The translations under genes and the position numbers were made by a program. The notes below the pieces were generated by a model that was not told the DNA's origin, searched no databases, and was given only the letters and a program-made list of their open reading frames with translations. From the NCBI GenBank assembly GCA_963735035.1, contig CAVTJJ010000006.1:544001-608000 (forward strand): a stretch of DNA of 64,000 nucleotides, read 5' to 3'. This document shows, one piece after another, positions 18,902 to 28,667 of the stretch; within the stretch, counting starts at the first letter, position 1; each line of letters opens with the position of its first letter. The stretch is from an uncultured candidate division Zixibacteria bacterium. Lineage in GTDB: Bacteria > Zixibacteria > MSB-5A5 > GN15 > FEB-12.

Positions 18902-19609
18902 ATGGGACGTCGAGCACGCTTAGTCTGTTGGGGGCGAGTCAAACGACTCTGGATTCTGACCTTCATGGCTCTGGCTATCGGAGGATGCCACGCGGCCCGG
19001 GAAGGTGCTCTGATTGGGAATGAGAGTCTGTCCGAAGTGAAGATCGTCGCTGACGCTTATTCTTTCAACGCGCGGATCTGGCGAGACGACAAGCCGACCT
19101 CGTTCAAACTCGAACTATATCGCACGGACAGTCTTCTCGGGATCGCAGCTCGCGGCTATTTGGGCAAAGGGGCCTTCAAAGGGTGGCTCCGCTCGGACTC
19201 CATTAGAGTATATTTTCCTCAAAGCCGGGAACTGCTGTACGAGTCGCTGGATGACCTGGTCAAATCGTCTGATTGCGGGGTTTCGGTGGCAGGACTGCGG
19301 TTTCTCGATCTGTTCGGGAAGACTCCGGATTCACTTGTCATGCCTGAGAAGGTCGAAGTTCACTCGGATTATGCGACTGCCGATCATCCAATCTTCAAAG
19401 TCGCGTCTGAAGGATCAGGTTGTCCCTGGCAGCTTGAAATCGGCTATGATCGGCAGGGGGAGGGGTGGACGCCGCTATCGCTCAAGTTCGACAATGGGCG
19501 CGGACTTGTTCTGAAAGCCGATCGGGAGCGGTTTCGCGCCCGTATCGGCATACCGCTCAAGCGATTCACGGTGGCGGTCCCGCCCGACGCCATTCGCACC
19601 ATCCCCTGA
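18902..19609 (+). CDS. Hypothetical lipoprotein (possibly LolB/DUF4292-like fold)
   Basis: Hydrophobic stretch ending in lipobox-like IGGC; beta-rich; sits upstream of msbA. Start uncertain. Confidence 0.5.
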   Translation: MGRRARLVCWGRVKRLWILTFMALAIGGCHAAREGALIGNESLSEVKIVADAYSFNARIWRDDKPTSFKLELYRTDSLLGIAARGYLGKGAFKGWLRSDSIRVYFPQSRELLYESLDDLVKSSDCGVSVAGLRFLDLFGKTPDSLVMPEKVEVHSDYATADHPIFKVASEGSGCPWQLEIGYDRQGEGWTPLSLKFDNGRGLVLKADRERFRARIGIPLKRFTVAVPPDAIRTIP

Positions 19610-19629
19610 AAATCGAGCCTTGGGATTCA

Positions 19630-19658
19630 TTGACAAAGCCGCCGTCTTTGGCCATTTT
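19630..19658 (+). promoter_or_regulatory. Putative sigma-70 promoter of the msbA/LPS operon
   Basis: TTGACA-17nt-CATTTT. Confidence 0.45.
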
Positions 19659-19687
19659 GTGCCCTTACATTCGAAGTTAAAGGCAAT

Positions 19688-21583
19688 TTGGTGAATATAT
19701 ATACGCGGACATTTTCGGTACTTCGGAAGTTTTGGAAACAACTGCTGACTGCATCGGTCTCGGCGGCAATCTACTCGCTTCTGACCGGGTTGATGCTTTG
19801 GATGATCGGCCCGCTGATGATGGCGCTTTTCCATGTCGAGTCGAGCTCGATGATGCCAGGGATGGGCACGGAGTTTGTCCAGCCGCTTCAGCCCGGAACC
19901 GCGGCTGGGGCGTCGCCGCTCGCCGAGTCTCAGAATTGGATTTATGAACTCAAAGATTCATTCAAAAGTCTGATCGATTCAGCGGTAGCGTCCGAGAATC
20001 GCTCCGAAGTGATTTTCAATTTCTGTATTCTGATCCTGATAGTAGCGCTCGCCAAGAATATCTTCTACTACCTGCAGGCGTATTACATGGTCTGGGTGCA
20101 ACAATCGGTGATGCGTGATTTCCGCGACCGACTGTTTGCCAAATATCAACGACTGTCGTTGGCCTACTTCCATTCCTTGCGAACGGGCCAGATCATCTCA
20201 CGGGTGACCAATGATGTTTCGGTGCTAAACGAGTCTATCGATATTGGCTTCAATCAACTGGTCTCCGACGGTGTGCTGGTAATCGTGCTGGCTGTGTCGT
20301 TGGTAGTGCTCAGTTGGGAGTTGACCCTGATGGCGGCGCTGGTGCTCCCGGCGGTCTTCGGGTTCATGTTGTACATTGGCCGCAAGATGCGAAAGTATTC
20401 TGACCGGGCGCAGAGGAAGATGGCGGACGTCAATTCAGTACTAGAAGAGGCGGTCAACAACGTCCGCATCGTCAAAGCATTCTCCATGGAAGAATTCGAA
20501 TCGAAGAAGTTCTTCCATACTACCTGGGACTATTTTCGGTCGCTCGTACGGATGCGGCGCATTCGGCACCTCTCGTCACCCATCAATGACATGCTGGCCA
20601 CTATCGCCGGGACTGTAATTCTGTACGTTGCGGGTACGCGTATTATTGAGGGGACGGGTAAACTGGACGTCGGCGATTTCATGACGTTCATTCTGGTCAT
20701 GTTCACGATGATCAAACCGGTGAAATCGCTCAGCCAGATTCATATCAAGCTGCAAGAGGGCATGGCGGCGTCGGAACGCATCTTTGAGGTGCTGGACACC
20801 GAGGAAGATGTCGTCGATCCACCGAGCGCCGCACAAATCGACCAGTTCAGCCAGTCGATCCGCTATAACCGTGTTTCGTTTGCCTATAAGGGTACTGGCC
20901 CGATTCTGAGCGACATATCGCTCGAAATCAAGCACGGGGAAGTGGTTGCTATCGTTGGGCCGTCTGGAGCGGGAAAGTCGACGATGTTAGACCTCCTGCC
21001 TCGATTCTATGACCCACAAGAAGGATCGATTACGATTGACGGGATCGATATTCGTCAGGTAACCCTCAAGTCGCTGCGCGATTTGATGGGTATCGTCACA
21101 CAGGAGACTTATCTTTTTAACGATACTATCCGCAGCAATATCGCGTATGGGCATGACGATCTACCGATCGAGAAGGTCCAGGAAGCAGCCCGGATGGCCA
21201 ACGCTCATGAGTTTATCGGCGAACTGGAGAATGGCTACGACACGCTGGTAGGTAATCGCGGAGTCAAGCTATCCGGAGGCCAGCGTCAGAGAATCGCAAT
21301 TGCCCGTGCGCTTTTGAGAAATCCGCAGATTCTGATCTTTGATGAGGCCACGTCGGCGCTCGACACCGAGTCGGAGTCGCAGGTGCAGGAGGCGATAGAT
21401 CGACTTCTGGCGGATCGCACCGTTCTGGTTATCGCGCACCGCCTGTCGACCGTGAAACACGCCAATCGGATTCTGGTCATCGACAAGGGTCGGATTGTCG
21501 AGAGTGGGACTCATGATGAATTGATGGCGCGACAGGGGCTCTACCAGCGCCTGTATCTCATGCAGTTCAGGGATTCTGAATGA
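19688..21583 (+). CDS. msbA: ABC exporter (TMD+NBD), MsbA-like lipid A-core flippase
   Basis: Walker A GPSGAGKST, LSGGQRQR, DEATSALD, IAHRLS; followed by LPS glycosyltransferases. Confidence 0.8.
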   Translation: MVNIYTRTFSVLRKFWKQLLTASVSAAIYSLLTGLMLWMIGPLMMALFHVESSSMMPGMGTEFVQPLQPGTAAGASPLAESQNWIYELKDSFKSLIDSAVASENRSEVIFNFCILILIVALAKNIFYYLQAYYMVWVQQSVMRDFRDRLFAKYQRLSLAYFHSLRTGQIISRVTNDVSVLNESIDIGFNQLVSDGVLVIVLAVSLVVLSWELTLMAALVLPAVFGFMLYIGRKMRKYSDRAQRKMADVNSVLEEAVNNVRIVKAFSMEEFESKKFFHTTWDYFRSLVRMRRIRHLSSPINDMLATIAGTVILYVAGTRIIEGTGKLDVGDFMTFILVMFTMIKPVKSLSQIHIKLQEGMAASERIFEVLDTEEDVVDPPSAAQIDQFSQSIRYNRVSFAYKGTGPILSDISLEIKHGEVVAIVGPSGAGKSTMLDLLPRFYDPQEGSITIDGIDIRQVTLKSLRDLMGIVTQETYLFNDTIRSNIAYGHDDLPIEKVQEAARMANAHEFIGELENGYDTLVGNRGVKLSGGQRQRIAIARALLRNPQILIFDEATSALDTESESQVQEAIDRLLADRTVLVIAHRLSTVKHANRILVIDKGRIVESGTHDELMARQGLYQRLYLMQFRDSE

Positions 21584-22698
21584 ACTTGCTCTTTTTGGAT
21601 TCCGTCGAACGCGACACGTTTGGCGGCTACGAGAATTGGATATTGCTTGCGGCCGATTATTTTGTCCGCAAAGGTTACCCGGTGACCGCGGTCGGTCGCA
21701 GCGGTTCAGAATACTTGCGCCGGGCGGCGGCCTTCAATAGTCAGATCGAGACGGTCGGACTGCCGATTTCGGGTGACTTCAACCCGCTCACTATATATAG
21801 ACTTCGCAGTTTACTGGCCCAGGAACGAATTGATCTGATGGTGGTCAATTTCAACAAGGATGTGCGTCTTGGCGGACTCGCTGCCCGCTGGTATGGATCG
21901 ACCCGCGTCTGCTGGCGCCTTGGTTTGGATATCACTGCAAACGGTTGGGCGCACCGCTTCTTTTCACCGCGACTGGTAGACGGAGTGATTGTCCCGTCGC
22001 ACGCGCTGAAAAAGCAGGTGATGCGGCACGGTTATCTGCGCGATGACATGATCCGGGTAATTCACAACGGCACCGAAGACAAGGCTTTCGTGCGACCCGA
22101 CCCGGTAGCACAGGCGGCTCTTCGTCGAAAGTATCAACTGAGCGACCATGATCTGGTGGCCGTTGTTGCCGGGCGTTTTGTCGATCAAAAGGGGCATATC
22201 TATCTCGTGGAAGCGGCTACGCAAATTGTCGCACAGGTGCCACAAGTGCGGTTCCTGCTTCTCGGAAACGGACCGTTAGAGCCGTTGCTGAAGCAACGAA
22301 TCGCGGAACTGAAGCTGGACAAGTATTTCGTCTTTGCAGGGATGCTGGATAACATCGACGCGGAACTGGCCGGGGCCGATCTGATGGTCCATCCGGCGGT
22401 CGAGGAGCCGTTTTCGCATTCAATTCTGGAGGGCATGCGTGCCGGACTGCCGATTGTGGCGAGCAACGTGGGTGGCGTACCCGAAGCCTTGGCGGACGAG
22501 GTGAACGCCCTGCTAGTGCCGTCGAAAGATCCGGTACTATTGGCGAAAGCAGTAGTTCGCATGCTCAAGGATGCCGGGTTACGCGATCGATTCAGCCAGG
22601 CGACTCAAGCTCGATGGCGCGAGCAGTTTCGGGCCGACGCTATGATGCTTCAGGTTGAAGAGTATTTTGAGTTACTTCTTGCGAAGAGGAGTAACTAA
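21580..22698 (+). CDS. Glycosyltransferase family 4
   Basis: GRFVDQKG, EPFSHSILEGM, VASNVGGVPE. Confidence 0.9.
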   Translation: MNLLFLDSVERDTFGGYENWILLAADYFVRKGYPVTAVGRSGSEYLRRAAAFNSQIETVGLPISGDFNPLTIYRLRSLLAQERIDLMVVNFNKDVRLGGLAARWYGSTRVCWRLGLDITANGWAHRFFSPRLVDGVIVPSHALKKQVMRHGYLRDDMIRVIHNGTEDKAFVRPDPVAQAALRRKYQLSDHDLVAVVAGRFVDQKGHIYLVEAATQIVAQVPQVRFLLLGNGPLEPLLKQRIAELKLDKYFVFAGMLDNIDAELAGADLMVHPAVEEPFSHSILEGMRAGLPIVASNVGGVPEALADEVNALLVPSKDPVLLAKAVVRMLKDAGLRDRFSQATQARWREQFRADAMMLQVEEYFELLLAKRSN

Positions 22699-22702
22699 TC
22701 GC

Positions 22703-23803
22703 ATGACCAAGTGGTTTGAACACCGTGCGAAGGATATCGTTTTCGGCGCCTGCCGGATCTTCTTTCGGAAAGGACGCCGCGACTTGACAGTGCTTGATGC
22801 TTCGTCCATGACCAAAGTGCTCTTCCTTCGCCCGGAGAAGATCGGCGATATGGTGATATCCCTGCCGGTGTTTGATGCTCTTCATGCCCGTTACCCGCAC
22901 CTCAAGATTTCTATTCTGGCCTCACCGGTAAACGTCGGACTGATCAAAGATGATCCCCGTTTCGACAAGATCTTTCTCTATCGGAAATGGACCCGGGAAG
23001 ATTTCCGGCAATTGTCACAGATCCGGCGTAAACGCTTCGACTGTGTGATAGACATGATCGACAACGATTCGGTGACGGCGCTCTTCTTCTCGCAACTGGC
23101 CGGACGGAAGGCGATCAGAATCGGAGTGGGCAAGACCCGGCACGCGGTATTCTATGATTTCAATCATGTTCACGCCGACGGGATCGGCGAACATACGGTC
23201 GACAACACGCTGAAGCTTCTGGCTCCGTTCGGTATCGACGGTTCGAAGCAATCCGGATTTGCCCCCCCGTACATACCGGTCGAGGCACGAAAGCGAATAG
23301 ATGGTTTTCTGAGTGAGTCGTCCGGTGGGGGTAAGCTGGTAGGCTTGAATCTTTCGGCGGGGCGTCCGAACAGAATCTGGCCGGATGACAGGGCGGTGGA
23401 GCTCTGCCGACGTTTGAAAGCCCGACGTCCGGATCTGCAAATTGTGGTGAGCTGTGTGACATCGGATCGCCAGCGTGGCGAAGATGTTGTGTCGAGAGTC
23501 GGAGGAGTGGCGCGTCTGGTTCCGCCGGGTTTGAATCTGCTCGAAGTCAGCGCTCTGATTTCACGCCTGAATCTGTTGATCTCGCCGGATACTTCGCTTA
23601 TTCATATTGCGAGATCGTTCCAGGTGCCGGTGGTCGGTCTGTATAACCTGGCGACGAAGAATTTCCGCCGCTGGCAGCCGTATCGACAGCCCGACGGAGC
23701 GGTTGTAGGCGCCCACTTTGATACTATTGATGACATTACAGTGGATCAGGTGTATGCTTGTGTGCAACGAGTGTTGGAGCGCGTGGAGAAAGTAAAGGCA
23801 TGA
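22703..23803 (+). CDS. Glycosyltransferase family 9 (LPS heptosyltransferase-like)
   Basis: KIGDMV, RIWP, ISPDTSLIHIA...VPVVGLY; SD GAGGAG. Confidence 0.88.
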   Translation: MTKWFEHRAKDIVFGACRIFFRKGRRDLTVLDASSMTKVLFLRPEKIGDMVISLPVFDALHARYPHLKISILASPVNVGLIKDDPRFDKIFLYRKWTREDFRQLSQIRRKRFDCVIDMIDNDSVTALFFSQLAGRKAIRIGVGKTRHAVFYDFNHVHADGIGEHTVDNTLKLLAPFGIDGSKQSGFAPPYIPVEARKRIDGFLSESSGGGKLVGLNLSAGRPNRIWPDDRAVELCRRLKARRPDLQIVVSCVTSDRQRGEDVVSRVGGVARLVPPGLNLLEVSALISRLNLLISPDTSLIHIARSFQVPVVGLYNLATKNFRRWQPYRQPDGAVVGAHFDTIDDITVDQVYACVQRVLERVEKVKA

Positions 23804-24564
23804 CCAAGCTGACGGCGGTAATAATCGCGCGCAACGAGGAAGCCAACTTGCCGAGATGTCTGGCTTCGTTGAAATGGGTCGACGAAATAATAGTCGGCGA
23901 TTGCGGTTCGACCGACCGTACGGTCGCAATCGCACAAGAGGCGGGAGCCCAAATCGTCACTTATGAGTGGTGCGGGTACGGCCCGGCCAAGCAAACCGTG
24001 GCCTCACACGCGACCGGTGATTGGATACTGTCCATTGACGCTGATGAAGAAGTCACCCTTGAACTGGCAAGAGAAATTCGCGGTGTGATTGACAACCCAA
24101 GAGACGTCGCCGGGTATCGACTTCCGAGAAAGACGTCGTTTCTTGGTCGCTGGATAGAACATGGTGGCTGGTATCCCGATCGGGTGCTGCGCCTTTATCG
24201 CCGAGGTCAGGGCAGGTTTACGTCGTCAAGCGTTCATGAAGCGCTCGAAGTTGACGGGTCGGTCGGCACTCTGACCAACGACCTGCTTCACTACAGTTAC
24301 CCAACGTTGGAAGTGTATTTTGAGAAATTCAACCGCTATACAACGCTGGCGGCCGAGGAGGCTTTCTGCAAAGGGGTGAGGGGCAGTCTGGTGAAGACCT
24401 TCCTTAACCCGATGGCAAAATTCGCCAAGCAATATTTTTTGAGAGCCGGATTTCTCGACGGAACGGAAGGACTGCTCCTCGCCGCGCTTTCCGCCGGTTA
24501 CGTCATGACCAAGTATGCCAAATTGCGTCAACTGGAACGTCAAAGTCGGGGAATACCAAGATAA
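23800..24564 (+). CDS. Glycosyltransferase family 2 (WaaE/KdtX-like LPS core glucosyltransferase)
   Basis: IIARNEE, IDADE, WYPDRVLRL, VHE, GFLDG. Confidence 0.9.
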   Translation: MTKLTAVIIARNEEANLPRCLASLKWVDEIIVGDCGSTDRTVAIAQEAGAQIVTYEWCGYGPAKQTVASHATGDWILSIDADEEVTLELAREIRGVIDNPRDVAGYRLPRKTSFLGRWIEHGGWYPDRVLRLYRRGQGRFTSSSVHEALEVDGSVGTLTNDLLHYSYPTLEVYFEKFNRYTTLAAEEAFCKGVRGSLVKTFLNPMAKFAKQYFLRAGFLDGTEGLLLAALSAGYVMTKYAKLRQLERQSRGIPR

Positions 24565-24565
24565 G

Positions 24566-25609
24566 ATGAGCGACCAGATCGACATACAATCCGGGGATAG
24601 ACTTCTTGTGAGCCGTACTGACCGCCTCGGCGACCTCGTGTTGGCGCTACCGTTCGTGGAAACACTTCACGCCCGGTTTCCCGACTGTCCGGTTGACGTC
24701 ATGGCGTCGCTGTATGCTTCGCCGATTCTGGAAAACAACCCGAGCATCGACCGGATCATCCGAGTGCAGAACGATCAACTTACAACGAGTCGGCACTACC
24801 GCAAGGAGCTGGAACATCGGATCCTAAAGGGAGAATACAAGGCGGTGGTTGTGCTCTTTCCGGAGCGCCATATCAGCCAGCTGCTGTATCGGGTTGGGGT
24901 TCCCGTGAGAATCGGCACAGCCGGTCGCTTCCACTCGGTGTTCTTCACCCACCGTTTGGTACATAGCCGCAAGGCCAACAAGAAACACGAATCCGAATAC
25001 AACCTGGATTTCCTGGCGTATTTTCCTGAGGGGGGCACGGTTCACGAACCGACGGTCTACCCGACTCCGAAAGAAATCGCCAACGCTCACCGGATACTCG
25101 ATAGTCAAGGCATAGCCCGTCCGTTCATCGTGGTGCACCCCGGTTCCGGGGGCTCAGCCGAGCGCTGGCCGATGGATCGCTTTGTCGAGCTTTACTCGCA
25201 TCTGAACCGGAACGGCCGTCAGGTTGTTATTACCGGATCGGAGCCGGAAGGGGAGGCGGTTCGAAAAATTGCCGCTGACAAAGGTATTACCCTCAACGAG
25301 ATTACCGGACAGACCGATCTTAGAACATTGGCCGCCGTTTTGTCGTTGGCGTCGGCGGTAGTCGCCAATTCGACCGGACCGTTACATTTGGCGGTGGCGG
25401 TCGGAACGAAAGTTGTCGGCCTATACCCGGGACGGCAGATCATGTCACCGGTAAGATGGGGTCCGATTGGTGAAGGTCATCGGGTGGTTCAGCCGGAAGT
25501 CGAACAATGCCGCTGTCCGGCCGGGCGATGCCGTTGTATGGAAACCATAAGTGTAGAACAGGTAGCCGAGGCTGTCGGAGCTGTGTATGACAACGCCGTT
25601 GGAAAGTAA
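24566..25609 (+). CDS. Glycosyltransferase family 9 (LPS heptosyltransferase-like)
   Basis: RTDRLGDLVL, HPGSGGSAERW, ANSTGPLHLA, RWGP. Confidence 0.9.
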   Translation: MSDQIDIQSGDRLLVSRTDRLGDLVLALPFVETLHARFPDCPVDVMASLYASPILENNPSIDRIIRVQNDQLTTSRHYRKELEHRILKGEYKAVVVLFPERHISQLLYRVGVPVRIGTAGRFHSVFFTHRLVHSRKANKKHESEYNLDFLAYFPEGGTVHEPTVYPTPKEIANAHRILDSQGIARPFIVVHPGSGGSAERWPMDRFVELYSHLNRNGRQVVITGSEPEGEAVRKIAADKGITLNEITGQTDLRTLAAVLSLASAVVANSTGPLHLAVAVGTKVVGLYPGRQIMSPVRWGPIGEGHRVVQPEVEQCRCPAGRCRCMETISVEQVAEAVGAVYDNAVGK

Positions 25610-27767
25610 ACCGCAGTTAACCTACAATCTGGCGCAGTTTATCATTCAGGTAGAGGCGCTCAATGCCAATATCGACGTGGCGCTTCTGCGGCGGGCGTAC
25701 GAGTTTTCCGACAAGGCTCACGCGGGTCAGCGACGGTCATCCGGCGAGCCGTTTATCGAACATTGTCACGAAGTTGCCATTTTCCTCGCAGAGTTGCACA
25801 TGGATTCGACCACCCTGGCGGCGGGATTGCTCCACGACGTGGTCGAAGACACCCAATACACGCTCGAGAATATCCGCGATGAATTCGGCGACGAAGTAGC
25901 CGACCTGGTGGACGGTGTTTCCAAGATCGGCGCGGTCGAGTTCAACTCGCTCGAAGAGCAGCAGGCCGACTATTTCCGCAAGATGCTCCTGAGCATGGCG
26001 AAAGATATCCGGGTTATCATCATCAAACTGGCCGACCGGATGCACAACATGCGGACGCTCGAAGCGCTTCCTGCGGCCAAACGCAAACGGATCGCGCAGG
26101 AGACGCACGACGTCTACGCCCCGCTGGCACATCGATTGGGCATCTACAAGGCCAAGACCGAACTCGAAGACCTGGCGTTGAAACACCTTCAGCCGGACAT
26201 CTATGTCGAGCTGGCCAAGGCGGTCAAGGAGAAAAGGGAGGAGCGCGAAGCCTATATCGAGGAGATCGCCAAGCCGATCAAAGAGGCGCTCGCCAAGGAT
26301 GGCATCAAAGCGGATGTGTACGGTCGGGCCAAACATCTCGATTCCATCCATCACAAGATCGTCGGGCGGGGAGTACCGTTCGACCAGATTTATGACTTGC
26401 TGGCCATTCGTGTAATCGTCCAGAATGAACGCGAATGCTATCACACGATGGGTATTCTCCACGCCATGTGGAAACCGGTGACGGGGCGGTTTCATGATTA
26501 TATCGCCAACCCGAAACCGAATGGTTACCGCTCGCTCCATACCACTGTGTTCGGGCCGCGCAACAAAACTGTCGAAATCCAGATCCGCACCCGAAAGATG
26601 CACGAGTTCGCCGAGAATGGAATCGCCGCCCACTGGCTCTACAAAGAGGGGCGACAGTTCTTAAGCAAAGACGACAAACAGATGATCTGGCTGCGGGGCG
26701 TGCTCGAGTGGCAGAAGGATGATCTGCTCAACCCGACCGAATTCATGGAATACCTGAAGATGGACCTCTACGCCGAGGACATCTTTGTGTATACCCCGAA
26801 AGGTCGCCTGGTGCACCTACCTCGCGGGGCGACATCGCTGGATTTCGCGTTTCAGATTCACACGCAGGTTGGTTTGCACTGTGCCGGGGCCAAGATCAAC
26901 GGACGTTTGCAGCCGCTCTCTACCAAACTCCGCTCCGGCGACCAGGTGGACATAATTACCAACCTAAGTCACACCCCGTCGCACGACTGGCTGAAACTGG
27001 TCAAGACGTCATCGGCGCGGTCGCGTATTCGCCGCTGGCTCAAACAGGCCGGGTTCGAACAGTCAGTAGCGCTGGGAAAAGAGATCCTCGAACGTCGCCT
27101 GAAAGAAATGCGGCTGGAGATGCCGAATGACGCCCAGCTTCAGGAATACGCCGAGCATCTCGACCAGAAATCGGTCGAGAACATGTTCGCCGCCCTTGGA
27201 AGCGGCGCGCTGGCCGCCCGCAACGTCATCAATTTGTATCACCCCGAGGAAATCCCCGAGACTCAACCCGGCCTGGTGGGCCGTCTGGTCGACAAGATGC
27301 GCGGCTCGAAAGGTGTACGCGTACAGGGGATGGCCAACATGATGTTCCGCTTTGCCGGCTGCTGCCAGCCGGTTCCCGGTGAAGATATTGTCGGCTTCAT
27401 TACGCGAGGCCGAGGTGTGACCGTTCACCATGCCAATTGTAAGCTGGCAATCGATTTGGCCAACCAATCACCGGAACGGAAGATAGCGGTTAGCTGGGAT
27501 GCCGGCCGGGACCAGTCATTTATCGTGCAGCTCGACGTGGTTGTCGAAGACCGCAAAGGGATGCTGCATGACATCACCGAGGCGATCGCCGATTCGAATA
27601 CCAACGTCCGGGGCGCCGAAATCTATTCGCTCGACACAACTGCACAGGGCAAATTCCTGATCGAAGTTTCAAGCCTGTCGCACCTCAACCGGATCATCGA
27701 CAAGATGAAGAAGGTAAAGGGCGTGATCCAGGTGACCCGCTCACGGCGCTACGACCCGGGCGAGTAG
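25587..27767 (+). CDS. relA: Bifunctional (p)ppGpp synthetase/hydrolase (long RSH)
   Basis: HD domain LLHDVVED, KLADRMHN, PKPNGYRSLHT, EIQIRT, TGS domain, CCQPVPG and C-terminal ACT. Confidence 0.95.
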   Translation: MTTPLESKPQLTYNLAQFIIQVEALNANIDVALLRRAYEFSDKAHAGQRRSSGEPFIEHCHEVAIFLAELHMDSTTLAAGLLHDVVEDTQYTLENIRDEFGDEVADLVDGVSKIGAVEFNSLEEQQADYFRKMLLSMAKDIRVIIIKLADRMHNMRTLEALPAAKRKRIAQETHDVYAPLAHRLGIYKAKTELEDLALKHLQPDIYVELAKAVKEKREEREAYIEEIAKPIKEALAKDGIKADVYGRAKHLDSIHHKIVGRGVPFDQIYDLLAIRVIVQNERECYHTMGILHAMWKPVTGRFHDYIANPKPNGYRSLHTTVFGPRNKTVEIQIRTRKMHEFAENGIAAHWLYKEGRQFLSKDDKQMIWLRGVLEWQKDDLLNPTEFMEYLKMDLYAEDIFVYTPKGRLVHLPRGATSLDFAFQIHTQVGLHCAGAKINGRLQPLSTKLRSGDQVDIITNLSHTPSHDWLKLVKTSSARSRIRRWLKQAGFEQSVALGKEILERRLKEMRLEMPNDAQLQEYAEHLDQKSVENMFAALGSGALAARNVINLYHPEEIPETQPGLVGRLVDKMRGSKGVRVQGMANMMFRFAGCCQPVPGEDIVGFITRGRGVTVHHANCKLAIDLANQSPERKIAVSWDAGRDQSFIVQLDVVVEDRKGMLHDITEAIADSNTNVRGAEIYSLDTTAQGKFLIEVSSLSHLNRIIDKMKKVKGVIQVTRSRRYDPGE

Positions 27768-27795
27768 GGGACTTGGGTGAGGGAGAACTATCAAT

Positions 27796-28221
27796 ATGAA
27801 GAAATCACCCGTGACGAAGAAAGCCGCCCCGAAAGGCGCAAAACCGTTGAACGTAGACGATTACCTGGCTTCGGCTCCTGAAGAGATGCGACCGATGCTT
27901 CAGAAGCTCCGTGCGACCATAAAATCGGCCGCTCCGAAAGCTGAGGAGTGTATCAGCTACGGCATCCCGACCTACAAACTCAACGGCCCACTGGTCCATT
28001 TCCTGGTTCGCAAAGACTACTGCAGTCTGGTGACCGTGACCCGGTCGGTTATCGCAATGTTTAAGAGTGAGCTTGGGGTGTTCGACGTCTCCGGTACTAC
28101 GATTCATTTCACCCCGGACAATCAACTTACGTCAGCGCTGGTCAAGAAGATCGTCAAGGCGCGGATCAAAGAGAACGAAGCTTTAGCCAAGACGTCCAAG
28201 CCGAAGACCAAGTCCAAGTAG
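27796..28221 (+). CDS. DUF1801/YdhG-like protein
   Basis: VDDYL...LRATIK..AP.AEE.ISYGIPTY...TIHF...LVKKIVKARIKE. Confidence 0.8.
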   Translation: MKKSPVTKKAAPKGAKPLNVDDYLASAPEEMRPMLQKLRATIKSAAPKAEECISYGIPTYKLNGPLVHFLVRKDYCSLVTVTRSVIAMFKSELGVFDVSGTTIHFTPDNQLTSALVKKIVKARIKENEALAKTSKPKTKSK

Positions 28222-28667
28222 TCAATCACCACTGTTGATAAGTCAGGTTTGGGAAGCTCGGACGGACTTTGTCCGGTTCCCGGCTATCCAAGCGGGCAGG
28301 ACAGACGCCCCTTCAGCACAGCCTATAGGTCCTTGCAGTCCACTTTGTGGGGCAAGCGGTATTCGAACCTTCTTCTTTTGTGCCCTTTCTTGTCCTTTAT
28401 GGAACCTGAAAGGGGACTCTTTGTTACAACATTCAAGTTCGGCTCGCGGGGCATGCTCGCGAAACTCATTGACCTGACCCAATGCGGGCGATGCTCTCCG
28501 GACCGAACTAAGAGACAGCAAGATCATGAATTGGTTTATGAACAGAGGACAGTCGTCGAAGGAACTATCCTGTCGGTAAATAGATTGCATGGAATAGATA
28601 GCGAATCACTTTAGCCAATGTCTTCGGCCGCTATGTGAAGGCATTGGAGACTTGACGGAGGCAGATT

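Noticed and set aside
28436..28509. Imperfect hairpin with a bulged base as an integron attC site
   Set aside because: The ends are GTT...AAC, the reverse of the RYYYAAC...GTTRRRY arrangement, and no tyrosine recombinase is present in the window.
28235..28614. Short overlapping ORFs (80-121 aa) in the gap before the LVIVD gene
   Set aside because: No motifs or convincing RBS, and they overlap one another; treated as non-coding.
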